A stretch of DNA of 64,000 nt, taken from positions 320,001 to 384,000 of the forward strand of contig CAXXFL010000003.1 of NCBI GenBank assembly GCA_963674965.2, in the 5' to 3' direction. A model generated the notes under the pieces. That model searched no databases, had not been told where the DNA came from, and was given only the letters and a program-made list of their open reading frames with translations. Position numbers and translations under genes: made by a program. Origin of the DNA: a bacterium (GTDB lineage: Bacteria; RBG-13-61-14; DATKZS01). Positions 35,946 to 46,345 of the stretch are shown here, piece by piece. Each line of letters opens with the position of its first letter. Within the stretch, counting starts at the first letter, position 1.

Positions 35946-37322
35946 TCAGATGAGATTGGCGGCGTAGATGACGTTCCTGGTCGTTTCCTTGCCGCGGTAC
36001 ATGGCCTTGTCGGCCAGGTGAATGAGCTCGGACTTGGTCTCGGCGTCGTCGGGGAAGGTGGCAACGCCGATGCAGCAGGTCAGGGTCAGATCGAGTCCAT
36101 CCTTGATCTTGATCACGGTCTCCTCCATGGCGCTCCTTATCCTCTCCGCCACCCTCGTGGCCCCCTCCCGGTCGGTCTCGACCAGGATCACGATGAACTC
36201 GTCGCCCCCGTACCGGATGACCACGTCGATCTCGCGCACGCAGTTCTTGATGAGCTTGGCCGTCTCGATCAGGACCTTGGAGCCGACCAGGTGTCCGTAG
36301 GTGTCGTTGACCCTCTTGAAGTGGTCCAGGTCCATGAACAGCACGGAGAGGTGGCTTTTGAAGCGGTAGGCCCTTTTCAATTCGGTCTGAAGGGACATGT
36401 CCAGGTAGCGGGTGTTGAAAAGCCCCGTAAGGTCGTCCACGAACACCAGCCTTTGCGCGTCCACGTATTTGAAGGCGTTCTCGAAGGACAGGTGAATCTG
36501 CTCGGTAATGAACCTGGCCGTTCCCAGGTCCATGCGGTCGAAGGAAAGGGCCTGATCTCTCCTGAAGGTGACGATCACGCCCTCGAGGGCCTGGGGAACC
36601 AGCACGGGCATGACCAGGGCCGAGTGGACCCTGAGCTGTTTGCCGACCGTTCCCTTTTTGACGCATTTGGGGTCCTCGAGCACGGCTATGCGGGAGGGGG
36701 TTTCCTCGAGGTCGTACTTTAACAACTCGCGCATCAGCGTCTCGGCCTCCTCCTCCTCGATCCCCACCCTGGACTTGACCGACCATTCGCCGTTGGTCCG
36801 AAAGAAGCTGAGGCCGATTTCCCCCTGCAGGGCCTGGAGCACGGCGTCGAGGGAAAAGCTGTAGAGCTTGTCCAGGTCGAGGCAAAGGCTGACGCGCTGG
36901 CAGGTCTCGTAAAGGGTAAGAAGGTTTCGAAGCTCGCTGTTCTCGTCGAACAGGTGCCGAAGCTCGATGGTCCTTTTCACCGTGAGCTTCAGTTCCTCGG
37001 GGTTGATGGGCTTGGTCAGGTAGTCGGCGGCCCCGCTTTTAAGGCACCTTACGGCGCTCTCGACGGAGGCGTAGCCGGTCATGATGATAACGTCGATCTG
37101 CGGATTGATCTGTTTGGTTTTCTCGAGGATGTCGATGCCGCCGATGCCGGGCATGACCAGGTCCACCAGCATGATATGAAAAGGCTCTCTTCTCAGTATC
37201 TCGAGGGCCTCCTCGCCGGTGTAGGTTGACCGGACGTCGTAGCCTTCCTTGCCCAGGACCTCGGAGCAGAACTCCTGGTAAAAGGCGTCGTCGTCAACTA
37301 CGAGTATTCTTCCTTTGTTCAT
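35946..37322 (-). CDS. Response regulator diguanylate cyclase (REC-GAF-like-GGDEF)
   Basis: ILVVDDD, DLVMP, YLTKP; DDLTGLFN, DLDHFKRVNDTYGH, RYGGDEF with RxxD I-site (REID). Confidence 0.95.
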   Translation of the reverse strand: MNKGRILVVDDDAFYQEFCSEVLGKEGYDVRSTYTGEEALEILRREPFHIMLVDLVMPGIGGIDILEKTKQINPQIDVIIMTGYASVESAVRCLKSGAADYLTKPINPEELKLTVKRTIELRHLFDENSELRNLLTLYETCQRVSLCLDLDKLYSFSLDAVLQALQGEIGLSFFRTNGEWSVKSRVGIEEEEAETLMRELLKYDLEETPSRIAVLEDPKCVKKGTVGKQLRVHSALVMPVLVPQALEGVIVTFRRDQALSFDRMDLGTARFITEQIHLSFENAFKYVDAQRLVFVDDLTGLFNTRYLDMSLQTELKRAYRFKSHLSVLFMDLDHFKRVNDTYGHLVGSKVLIETAKLIKNCVREIDVVIRYGGDEFIVILVETDREGATRVAERIRSAMEETVIKIKDGLDLTLTCCIGVATFPDDAETKSELIHLADKAMYRGKETTRNVIYAANLI

Positions 37323-37828
37323 TTCAGGCGAAAATTTCCAATCTCTTTATATACATGCCAGGAAAGGAAGTGTCAATCCCGCTCGTTTTTTCGCTTTATC
37401 CAGCTCATGCCGGTTCGTTGGCGATTAAAGCGGTCCTCAATAAAATCAACGATCCAGCCGGCAATGTCGATAATATCCTCAAAGGGTCACTCTCGTTTTC
37501 TTCCAAATTTTTCGCGCGGCGCATGAGATGATTGTCTCGGCGGCGGTCCTGGCCGTACCCAAACGAGGGACACGGATCATGACGACCAGGTTTTACATTA
37601 TTAAGGGAGTCAACCCCGCTAATTCCCCGAATGGCCGGAGGACCCTATAATGGCCGCGGCTTCGATATAACTCCAATGATTTATTTTATCTTCACCGCTT
37701 GATAATTTTTCCACCGACGATCCAGGCGTCCATAAAAGGAGAGATAAGCCGGCATTTCCAGTGAAGGACGAATGTAAACGACCGAATTTTCGAGGATATT
37801 CTCTGAAGGTTGAAGCGAGCGTTAAAAA

Positions 37829-37902
37829 TCGGGACGACTGGATTTGAACCAGCGACTTCCTGCTCCCGAAGCAGGCGCGCTACCAGGCTGCGCCACGTCC
37901 CG
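37829..37902 (-). tRNA. tRNA-Pro(CGG), CCA not encoded
   Basis: Reverse complement CGGGACGTGGCGCAGCCTGGTAGCGCGCCTGCTTCGGGAGCAGGAAGTCGCTGGTTCAAATCCAGTCGTCCCGA folds as a cloverleaf. Confidence 0.96.
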
Positions 37903-37911
37903 TAAAGATAT

Positions 37912-37940
37912 ACTATAATTGTAGACTCCCTTTTTGTCAA
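37912..37940 (-). promoter_or_regulatory. sigma70 promoter for tRNA-Pro
   Basis: TTGACA-17 nt-TATAGT on the minus strand, 9 nt before the tRNA. Confidence 0.8.
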
Positions 37941-38287
37941 GAAAGGCCAGGCCGGGGCGGGGCGCCAAAAAGGCGCAAAGTCTAGGTTTGACGCCGGACA
38001 AAATACTCTGTTAAGCTCTTATTATAAAATAATAAAATTGTATCCAGATGGCGCCCTTCAAACTGACTTTCTTGCTTTTGTCTTCTAAGCTCAGCGACAT
38101 GTAAAGACGCTATTTCAGATGGGCTTGTCCGCTCTCGCGGCCCTGACTCAAACGCGCGGATTGGATCGGGCGCGTCATATCGATCGTTATCATTTTTACG
38201 CGGGCTTGACTTGAACGAGGATTCGGGTGGAAAATAACCTGTCCGGGCCGGATACGGACGGCCGAGAAAAACAAGGAAGGTTTTATC

Positions 38288-38971
38288 ATGGAAGTATTGG
38301 AAACTGCCAGAAAGAAAAAACACGGCGCCCTGTCCGAATACGACTCGAAGCGCCTTCTGTCCGAGTATGGAGTACCCGTGACCAGGGAGAGGCTGGTTAA
38401 ATCGCAAAAAGAGGCGGTGGAGGCGGCCGAGGAACTGGGATACCCGGTGGTGATAAAGGCCTGCGGTCCCGACCTCACCCACAAGACCGAGCTTGACGCC
38501 ATCAGGCTGGGCCTTGACGGCCCCAAGGCCGTCCGCCAGGCCATGCGGGAATTAAAGGACGCAACCAAGGGCCACAAGCTCCAGGGCATGCTGGTACAGG
38601 AGATGGTCAAGGGACAGCGCGAGCTGGTGATGGGACTGATCCGGGACCAGCAGTTCGGTCCCTGCGTCATGTTCGGCCTTGGCGGCATCTACACCGAGAT
38701 ACTAAAGGACGTGGCCTTCCGCGTGGCCCCTCTTACCGACCGCGACGCCCGGGAGATGATGGAAGAGATAAAGGGCAAAAAGATACTCGATTCCTTCCGG
38801 GGCATGGGCGCGGCGGACAAGGACGTCCTGGCCAAGGCCCTTGTCAACCTGGGCCAGATCGGCCTGGACCACGCGGACGTCAAGGAAATCGACGTCAACC
38901 CCCTAATCCTCGCCAAGGACGGAAAGCCCGTGGCGGTCGACGCCCTGGTGGTTTTAAACGGCAAGAAATAA
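38288..38971 (+). CDS. ADP-forming acyl-CoA synthetase beta subunit (ATP-grasp)
   Basis: LSEYDSKRLL..YGVP, LGYPVVIK, HKTE, LVQEMV, DQQFGPCVMFGLGG, EIDVNP, VAVDAL. Confidence 0.9.
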   Translation: MEVLETARKKKHGALSEYDSKRLLSEYGVPVTRERLVKSQKEAVEAAEELGYPVVIKACGPDLTHKTELDAIRLGLDGPKAVRQAMRELKDATKGHKLQGMLVQEMVKGQRELVMGLIRDQQFGPCVMFGLGGIYTEILKDVAFRVAPLTDRDAREMMEEIKGKKILDSFRGMGAADKDVLAKALVNLGQIGLDHADVKEIDVNPLILAKDGKPVAVDALVVLNGKK

Positions 38972-39177
38972 TAACCCGACAAGAGGCCATAAGCCCCCTT
39001 TCCATTCCCGCCGCCTTGGCCGCGATTCGTTTGAATCCATTATCGCCATAAGCTATATTGCGCTTAATCGAGCCGCGTCAAAAGGAGCGCGGCGGCCGGC
39101 GGACCACGCCGCGTCTCATTAATTTCTTCCTTCGCGAGAGGCTTGAAAAGAGTCGATCCGAAAACAGGGGGAGTTGG

Positions 39178-40131
39178 ATGAAAAGCCATATTATCATGCC
39201 GGCGATCATAATGGCCGCGCTTTTTTCTTTTGGTGCGAAGGCGGGGGAAAAATACCGGCCCGCGATCGCCGGGCCTTACCGCCCCTTGTTTCAGCCCCGC
39301 GAGTATGGCGACGACATAAACGACCATACGGTCTTTCGCGACGGGGAGGGCAACTGGAGGATGATCGGCATCCTCAGTAGTGGGCTGAACCTTTTGAACA
39401 CTCCCGCCTTCGCCCACGGAGTGGGAAGCTCTTTGGACGAGGTTATGGCCGAGCTTCCCCCCATATTCGGCGAGTATCCGGACAAGCAAAAGAAATGGGC
39501 CCCCCACGTAACGGTCGAGGACGGCGTTTATCATCTTTTCGCCGGTCCCGGCAAGATAAGACATTACACCTCCGGCGACGGAGTCAAGTGGTCTTTTCAA
39601 TCCATCGTCATATCTTCCGACTGGGACGATTTCAGGGACACCATGGTCCTTAAAATATCGGATGGCGTCTGGCTTATGTACGTGACGGACCGCGACAACT
39701 CGGTTTCCGTTTACGAGTCGAACGACCTCGAGAACTGGACCGATAAAGGAACGGCTTTTCACGCGGTCAAGCCGGCGGCCGCCTATCCGAAATATATCGA
39801 TATTTCCTCATGCGAGTCGCCCTTCGTCATCGAGTACTCGGGCTATTATTATCTTTCGGTTTGCCTTACTTCCGGGCTGAAACCCAAGACCTACGCCGAC
39901 ACGGTCATCGTCAGGTCCGAGGACCCTTATCGTTTCGGCGCGTACGCCGGGGGCGGGCCGGGCCAGACCTGCGATTACGTGACCACCCTCGAGGCCCACG
40001 CCGCCGAATACGTCCAGGACGAAAAAGGAAACTGGTTCATCACCTCCGCTGGCTGGAGACAATTTCCCACCCCCCCCACCGCTGAAAAAGGGTCACTCAA
40101 CATTGCCCCCCTCACTTGGGAAAAGGAGTAA
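39178..40131 (+). CDS. Exported five-bladed beta-propeller glycoside hydrolase (GH32/GH43-like)
   Basis: Signal peptide; INDHT, WAPHV, FRDTMV, CESPFV, HAAE. Confidence 0.75.
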   Translation: MKSHIIMPAIIMAALFSFGAKAGEKYRPAIAGPYRPLFQPREYGDDINDHTVFRDGEGNWRMIGILSSGLNLLNTPAFAHGVGSSLDEVMAELPPIFGEYPDKQKKWAPHVTVEDGVYHLFAGPGKIRHYTSGDGVKWSFQSIVISSDWDDFRDTMVLKISDGVWLMYVTDRDNSVSVYESNDLENWTDKGTAFHAVKPAAAYPKYIDISSCESPFVIEYSGYYYLSVCLTSGLKPKTYADTVIVRSEDPYRFGAYAGGGPGQTCDYVTTLEAHAAEYVQDEKGNWFITSAGWRQFPTPPTAEKGSLNIAPLTWEKE

Positions 40132-40387
40132 CCCGCGGCGAGAAATAATTGGATACCCGATCCCGCGTCGCCGCTTTGTCCGTCCGGTTCCGTTTGACGC
40201 CGCTTAGGGCCATTTAAAAACAACCAATCCCGGAATCCGCCGTGACAATTAGTCCAATCGTTTTTCCCTCCCCGGCCGAAGGTTTGGCAAAAATGAAAAA
40301 TCAGAAAAATCAGGGCGGCTAGCCCTTTTTTCCAAAATATTGTATACTTATCGCGGGATACTTGCGCCCGCTCGATCCCCGGATTAA

Positions 40388-42904
40388 TTGATGAATTTGC
40401 AACGCCCATTCGCGGAAGGCCTGATCAACAGGATTATCGACGCCGTGCCCGGATATCTGGATAAGGCCGCCGAGTTCTGGGATGAGTTGGTCCAGAAGTT
40501 CTCCAGCTTCCTGAGCGACTATACCCAAAACTACGACGTGATCATGAACGCCGATAAAATCCTCATGGGGCTTATCGCCCTGGTTGTTCTTGTTCCCGCC
40601 GTTACCGTCTTCGTTCTTCGCCGGCGATCCAACAAGCCTCAAATGATGGCCCGGCCCACCACGCCGAGGGAGGCCAAAAAAGCGGCCAAGCGGGCTTATA
40701 AGAGCGGGAACTTCGTAAGGGCGGGAGAGCTTTACGAGCAGGCCGAGGTATACAACAAGGCCCTGGACATGTACGAGAGGGGCCGGGCCTTCGGCAAGAT
40801 GGCCGGCTTATACGCCAATCAAATGCACATGCCCGAGAAGGGCATCGAGATACTCGAGAAGAACAAGCTTTGGGACCCGGCCGCCAGGATGATGGCCAAC
40901 ATGGGCCGGCACGCCGAGGCGGCGGACTATTATTTCCGCTCCGGCAAGCAGCAGCTCGCGGCGGAGGAATACGACAAGGCCGGCGACATGCTCAAGGCCG
41001 GCGAGCTTTACCTCAAGTTGAACAGGAACGAGGACGCGGCGCGCTGCTTCGGGCGGGCCAAGGCCTGGGCCCAGGCGGCGCGGGCGCAAAACGTTATTTT
41101 AGTCGAGTTTAAAAAGGCCATCGAGGGGAAATCGACGCCCAAGGACGTGGCCAAGTTCCAGGACCTGGCCAAGAAGACGGCCTACTTTTTCAAGCAGGCG
41201 CAAGATTACGGTCCCGCGGCCGATATCCTGTTGTCGGCCAAGATGCCCAAACTGGCCGCCGAGCTTTATCTTCTGGCCGGCGACGAGGCCAAGGCGGCGG
41301 AGCTTTTCCTCGAGGACTTGGATTACAAGCGGGCGGCCGAGCTTTTCAGCAAGGCCGGCGACCGAAGGCGGGCCGCCGAGATCATGGCCCAATACCACCA
41401 GAAGCAAGGCAACGAGCTGGAGACGGCGCGCTACCTGGTCATGGCCGAGGATTACCTGGGCGCGGCGGACATATACGCTGGTCAGAACGAGTACGAGAAG
41501 GCGGCCCAGCTTTTCATGAAGGGAGGCGACTCGAGGGCGGCCTCGGAGATGTTCGTGCTGGCCGGGCAGACGGAAAAGGCCCTCCAGATTTTCGAGAAAA
41601 CCGGGGACCTCGAGTCAGCCATCAGGCTTTGCGAGGAAGCGGGAGACGACTCGGCCCTGGCTGGACTATACGCCCGGACCAAGCGCTTCTTCGAGGCGGC
41701 CGCCCTTTACCAGGACAAGGGGCTTTTCGACAAGGCGGCCGAGTTCCTGGAGAAGGTCTCGGCCGAGGACCCCCGGTTCGCCGAGGCCAACTACAAGCTG
41801 GGCCAGATACTGATGGAAAAGGGGGACTTTCCCGGGGCCCTGCACAAGTTCCAGATCATGGCCTCCCGCGTTCCCCTCAGCGCCCATAGCCTGGACCATT
41901 ACTACATGCTGGCCATGGCCTATGAAAGGAACGACGAGCTCATGTACGCCATGAACCTGTACCAGCAGATCATGGCCTTCAACTACCATTACAAGGACGT
42001 GGCCATGCGCGTCAACGGCGTGGCCAAGAAGCTGGCCGAACATCACGGCGCGGCCTATAACGCCACCCGCCCCGGCTCGGGCTGGGGCCGCCCGGGCGGG
42101 ACCATCGCCGAGCGCTACAAGGTGGTCAAGGAACTTGGCCGGGGCGGCATGGGCGTGGTCTACATGGCGGAGGACACCCACCTGGGACGCAACGTGGCCT
42201 TCAAGGTCATGGCCGAGGAGTTCAAGACCAACCAGCAGATGGTGGCCAGCTTCGTGAGCGAGGCCCGGAGCCTGGCCAAGCTCAACCATCCCTACATCGT
42301 CTCGATCATCGACGCGGGGGAGGAGAGCGGCGTTTACTTCATCATCATGGAGTTCATCGAGGGCAAGGACTTCAAACAGCTCATGGGCAAGAACAAGAGG
42401 CTGCCGGTGGCGGCGGGGGTCAACGTTTTCATGCAGCTCTGCCAGGCCCTCGATTACGCCCACGGCCTTAAGATCATACACCGCGACATCAAGCCGGCCA
42501 ACATTATGTGGACCAGCACCCAGACCATCAAGATCATGGACTTCGGCCTGGCCAAGGTCATGGACAAGATGCGGGAGGGCAGGACCGTGGTGGCGGGCAC
42601 TCCATATTACATGTCGCCCGAGCAGACCCTGGGCCGCAACGTGGACCACCGGTCCGACATCTACTCGATGGGCGTGAGCGTGTACGAGCTACTTACCGGG
42701 AGCGTGCCCTTCATGGAGGGGGACATAGGCTATCACCACATCCACACTCCCCCGACGCCGCCCACCCATCTCAACAACCAGATTCCGCCCGAGCTCGAGC
42801 GCATTATCCTCAAGTGCATGGCCAAGGACCAGAACCAGAGATACCAATCCGCCCGGGAAACCTTCGAGGACCTGACGCGGCTGCAAAATCAGGCAAGGAG
42901 TTGA
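40388..42904 (+). CDS. Hanks-type Ser/Thr protein kinase with N-terminal TM and TPR/SNAP-like repeats
   Basis: LGRGGMGVVY, VAFK, HRDIKPAN, DFG, GTPYYMSPEQ, SDIYSMG; repeated 'KAAELF/Y' helices. Confidence 0.95.
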   Translation: MMNLQRPFAEGLINRIIDAVPGYLDKAAEFWDELVQKFSSFLSDYTQNYDVIMNADKILMGLIALVVLVPAVTVFVLRRRSNKPQMMARPTTPREAKKAAKRAYKSGNFVRAGELYEQAEVYNKALDMYERGRAFGKMAGLYANQMHMPEKGIEILEKNKLWDPAARMMANMGRHAEAADYYFRSGKQQLAAEEYDKAGDMLKAGELYLKLNRNEDAARCFGRAKAWAQAARAQNVILVEFKKAIEGKSTPKDVAKFQDLAKKTAYFFKQAQDYGPAADILLSAKMPKLAAELYLLAGDEAKAAELFLEDLDYKRAAELFSKAGDRRRAAEIMAQYHQKQGNELETARYLVMAEDYLGAADIYAGQNEYEKAAQLFMKGGDSRAASEMFVLAGQTEKALQIFEKTGDLESAIRLCEEAGDDSALAGLYARTKRFFEAAALYQDKGLFDKAAEFLEKVSAEDPRFAEANYKLGQILMEKGDFPGALHKFQIMASRVPLSAHSLDHYYMLAMAYERNDELMYAMNLYQQIMAFNYHYKDVAMRVNGVAKKLAEHHGAAYNATRPGSGWGRPGGTIAERYKVVKELGRGGMGVVYMAEDTHLGRNVAFKVMAEEFKTNQQMVASFVSEARSLAKLNHPYIVSIIDAGEESGVYFIIMEFIEGKDFKQLMGKNKRLPVAAGVNVFMQLCQALDYAHGLKIIHRDIKPANIMWTSTQTIKIMDFGLAKVMDKMREGRTVVAGTPYYMSPEQTLGRNVDHRSDIYSMGVSVYELLTGSVPFMEGDIGYHHIHTPPTPPTHLNNQIPPELERIILKCMAKDQNQRYQSARETFEDLTRLQNQARS

Positions 42905-42906
42905 AA

Positions 42907-43572
42907 ATGATATTCAAGCACAGGGAGACGGGTCCCCTCATGGTGAACTGCTACGTCATCGGGGACGAGAAGACCAGGGAGGCCGTGGTCATCGATCCCG
43001 GCGGAGACGCCGAGGCCATCCTCTTCCTGCTCAAGGAGGACGACCTCACCCTGAAGGCGATTATCAACACCCACTCCCATTTCGATCATATCGGGGGCAA
43101 CTCCGGCCTGAAAAGGGCCACCGGCGCCGATATTATCATCCACCCGACGGAAAAGGACATGCTCACGGGCATGAACACCCTGGCCGAGCAGTGGGGCATA
43201 CCCTTCGAGCCCTCGCCCCCCGCCGACAAGACCATGGTCGAGGGTGACGTGATCGAGGTGGGCGACGTGAAACTCGAGGTCCTTCACGTTCCCGGCCATT
43301 CCCCCGGCGGCGTGGCCCTCAAGATAAGGGACATGCCCATGGTGGTGGTGGGCGACAGCCTTTTCCAGTTCTCCATTGGCAGGACCGACCTGCCGGGAGC
43401 GTCCCATCAGGCGCTCATCACCGCCATCAAGCAAAAGCTCTTCCCCCTCGGCGACGACTGCGAGGTCTACCCCGGCCACGGTCCGGCCACCCTTATCGGA
43501 AGGGAAAGGAAGTACAATCCATTCCTCACCGACGGCGGAGTCGGGGGAGGACCAAGTATAATCATCCCCTGA
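42907..43572 (+). CDS. MBL-fold metallo-hydrolase (glyoxalase II / YcbL-like)
   Basis: NCYVI, IDPG, THSHFDHIGG, PGHSPG, GDSLF..SIGRTD, PGHG. Start set to the ATG at 42907. Confidence 0.92.
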   Translation: MIFKHRETGPLMVNCYVIGDEKTREAVVIDPGGDAEAILFLLKEDDLTLKAIINTHSHFDHIGGNSGLKRATGADIIIHPTEKDMLTGMNTLAEQWGIPFEPSPPADKTMVEGDVIEVGDVKLEVLHVPGHSPGGVALKIRDMPMVVVGDSLFQFSIGRTDLPGASHQALITAIKQKLFPLGDDCEVYPGHGPATLIGRERKYNPFLTDGGVGGGPSIIIP

Positions 43573-43585
43573 AAGGGAAGCTCCA

Positions 43586-44827
43586 ATGCTGACGGACAAG
43601 GAAATAGTGCTTGGCGTTACGGGCGGCATCGCCGCCTACAAGGCCCCCGAGCTGGTGAGAATGCTGATGAAGGACGGGGCCAGGGTCACCGCGGTCATGA
43701 CCGCCAACGCCCAGCGCTTCGTCGAGCCGCTTCCCCTCTCGGTCCTGACCAAAAGGCCGGTGTTCACCGACCTGTTCGCCTCCGAGAAACCGGGGAGTAT
43801 TAACCATATCGAGGTGGCCGACGGGGCCGACCTGTTGCTCGTCGCGCCCGCCACCGCCAATATCATCGCCAAGCTCGCCCACGGCCTGGCCGACGACGCC
43901 CTCTCGACCATGGCCCTGGCCTGCCGCGCTCCCCTCCTCATCGCGCCCGCCATGAACGTCAACATGTACGCCCACCCGGCCACGGCCGAGAACGTCGAGA
44001 AGCTGAGGTCGAGGGGCGCCTGCTTCGTGGGGCCCGAGGTGGGCGAGTTGGCCTGCGGCTGGGAGGGGAAGGGACGCCTGTCCGACCTGGACGACGTGGT
44101 CGAGGCCTGCCACATGGCGCTCTCCCCCAAGGACCTGAAAGGAAAGCGGGTGATGGTGACCGCCGGTCCCACCCGCGAGTTCTTCGACCCCGTCCGTTAC
44201 ATATCCAACCGCTCCTCCGGCAAGATGGGCTACGCCGTGGCCAGGGTGGCCAGGAGGAGGGGGGCCGACGTCTGCCTCATCACCGGGCCCGTGGCCTTGA
44301 AGCCCCCGCCCGGCGTCGAGATTATCAAGGTGACCACCGCCCGCCAGATGTACACCGAGGCCCTGAGGGAGGCCGAGAAGGCCGATATCGTGGTCAAGGC
44401 CTCGGCCGTGGCCGACTACCGCCCCATCGCCGAGGTCAGCCAGAAAATCAAGAAGACCTCGGACAACAAGCTCAACATCGAGCTGACCGAGAACCCCGAC
44501 ATCATCGCCACCATCGGCCAGAAAAAGAAAAAACAGATACTGGTGGGCTTCGCCGCCGAGACCTCCGACCTCATCAAGCACGCCGAGGTCAAGCTCAAGG
44601 AAAAAAACCTCGACCTCATCGTGGCCAACGACGTGACCCGGACCGACGCCGGCTTCGATACCGACACCAACGTCGTGATGATTATCGACAGAAACGGACG
44701 CCGGGCCCAGTGGCCCCGCATGACCAAGACCGAGGTCGCCTACAAGCTCTTCGACAGAATCCTGGCCATGATCGCCCGCGACCAGAAAAGAAGAAAAAGA
44801 AGCCAGGATAATAGCGTCAACGATTGA
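43586..44827 (+). CDS. coaBC: Bifunctional phosphopantothenoylcysteine decarboxylase/ligase
   Basis: GVTGGIAAYK, APATAN, PAMN, LACG..GKGR, TAGPTRE..DPVRYISNRSSGKMG, AVADY, GFAAET. Confidence 0.97.
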   Translation: MLTDKEIVLGVTGGIAAYKAPELVRMLMKDGARVTAVMTANAQRFVEPLPLSVLTKRPVFTDLFASEKPGSINHIEVADGADLLLVAPATANIIAKLAHGLADDALSTMALACRAPLLIAPAMNVNMYAHPATAENVEKLRSRGACFVGPEVGELACGWEGKGRLSDLDDVVEACHMALSPKDLKGKRVMVTAGPTREFFDPVRYISNRSSGKMGYAVARVARRRGADVCLITGPVALKPPPGVEIIKVTTARQMYTEALREAEKADIVVKASAVADYRPIAEVSQKIKKTSDNKLNIELTENPDIIATIGQKKKKQILVGFAAETSDLIKHAEVKLKEKNLDLIVANDVTRTDAGFDTDTNVVMIIDRNGRRAQWPRMTKTEVAYKLFDRILAMIARDQKRRKRSQDNSVND

Positions 44828-44873
44828 AGTCAGCGGGTGGACCAGCCGGCGGGTGGCCCAAAAAATCCAAGAG

Positions 44874-44957
44874 TCCCAAAGGAGCACCGGCCTAAAGCCC
44901 AGGGTGACAACCCTGGGAAAATGAGTATACAAAAATCATTTTCAGACCTGAAAGGGC
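44874..44957 (+). repeat. REP-like multi-hairpin element, copy A
   Basis: Perfect CCCAGGGT-GACA-ACCCTGGG stem, then AATGA..CAAAA..TTC.G.CCTGAAAGGGC; same architecture as 58989-59075 on the minus strand. Confidence 0.55.
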
Positions 44958-45112
44958 GGCGCAAAGGAAACAACACACATTAATAGCTATCCTATACACA
45001 GCGTTTTAATTAATTGCGCGTGATCTTTTTTACTGACTATAGAAACCACCATATCATTATGGTTATTTATGCACAAATACTGCTGACGCTGCGTATAAAA
45101 TGGAGACCTAAC

Positions 45113-45733
45113 ATGATATTTCCTAAATATATATCAATTTTGCTAATAATTGTGGCCGCATATACGGCCACAATGTGCTCCAATTCCAATGAATTAAAAG
45201 AGTCGTATTTCAAATTGCCGATGAAAAAAGCTTATACCTATACAGGCTATCTTGTTGATATTGGAGAGAAAGCTCAGAGAAGCCATACCGTTACAAATAT
45301 AACCGTGGTTAACAAAACTCTAAACAAATCAACCAATACCTACGAAATTGATATAATCTATTCTTTTAAAGGCAGAGATATAATCATGAGCGATACAATT
45401 TACATAAATATTGATGAGGGTACGGCTTCAGACTCGGAGATGAAAGATAGGTCAATAAAACTTCAGCTTGTCGATCGAAATGATAAAAAGGCCACAAAAT
45501 GGAGCCGCGGTAAATTTAAATACAATATATTAGAGGAATATTCCGCGGAATTCCACGGGCAAGAATATAAAATAACCGTTCTGGAAATATCACCTAAAAA
45601 TAAAGAACTGATCCCCATGAAATATATTTTCCATCTCAACTCTGAGTTAGGCGTGTATAAAAGCATTATTACTGATTATGCCGATAACGTGGAATACCAC
45701 GCTTCCCTTATTGAAATTATACCTCATGAATAA
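45113..45733 (+). CDS. AT-rich hypothetical protein, possible lipoprotein
   Basis: GGAG SD before MIFPKY; hydrophobic segment ending TATMC; markedly AT-rich relative to flanks. Confidence 0.65.
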   Translation: MIFPKYISILLIIVAAYTATMCSNSNELKESYFKLPMKKAYTYTGYLVDIGEKAQRSHTVTNITVVNKTLNKSTNTYEIDIIYSFKGRDIIMSDTIYINIDEGTASDSEMKDRSIKLQLVDRNDKKATKWSRGKFKYNILEEYSAEFHGQEYKITVLEISPKNKELIPMKYIFHLNSELGVYKSIITDYADNVEYHASLIEIIPHE

Positions 45734-45843
45734 CTTATAATACAGCTCTCCTATGTGGTTACGGCGGAGGTCTTACGCCTGAGGGCAATGGGTTACTTAT
45801 TCCCAAAACCGTTTGCCTCTCTCGCCTCACCATCCAGACGTTC

Positions 45844-45984
45844 ATAGCGGCCCGATTCATCGGGCTTCCGAGCGAGCTTGGGCGACGCGAGCTAATAGGC
45901 CCGCGCTTCAGCGCGGTTTACTCGGTGGCCCGCGTTATCGATCGAGGGCGTTTTAACGTCCTTCTCGAGACGAACGCTTCAGCG
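45844..45984. repeat. Cluster of short TTCA-loop palindromes (REP-like)
   Basis: ATAGCG-GCCCGA-TTCA-TCGGGC, ATAGGC-CCGCGC-TTCA-GCGCGG, CGC-TTCA-GCG. Confidence 0.5.
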
Positions 45985-46345
45985 ACCCATTCCCGGGCTC
46001 GATCCGCGGGTGGCCGGTTTTGATAAAAACCTTGCCGTTGAAATCGTGGATGGAATGAAAAAGTCTTCAAAGCCCGTACGTAACTTCAAGAAGTCTCTCG
46101 AGGAAGGCTTCTCCTCGGTGGACGCGTTGGAACTGGCGTCCACGGATTGAGAATAATATTATTCGAAGGCAAGCACGCAATTTTTTTACTTCTCCCTTTG
46201 AGCGGCGCGTTATTATTACGATCGGCGTTGGAGGCGCTTGGCCCGCGTGGTTTTCTCGAAACCGGCCGGGCCATCGAAGCAGGTCGCCAAAAAAGAACCG
46301 GCGGCCGACCTCGCGGGGCGGCCGCCGGGGATGGACTCGGGGTGA

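Noticed and set aside
37330-38280. Long intergenic regions around tRNA-Pro as ncRNA candidates
   Set aside because: No recognisable 6S, SRP, tmRNA or RNase P features, and no convincing extended structure by eye
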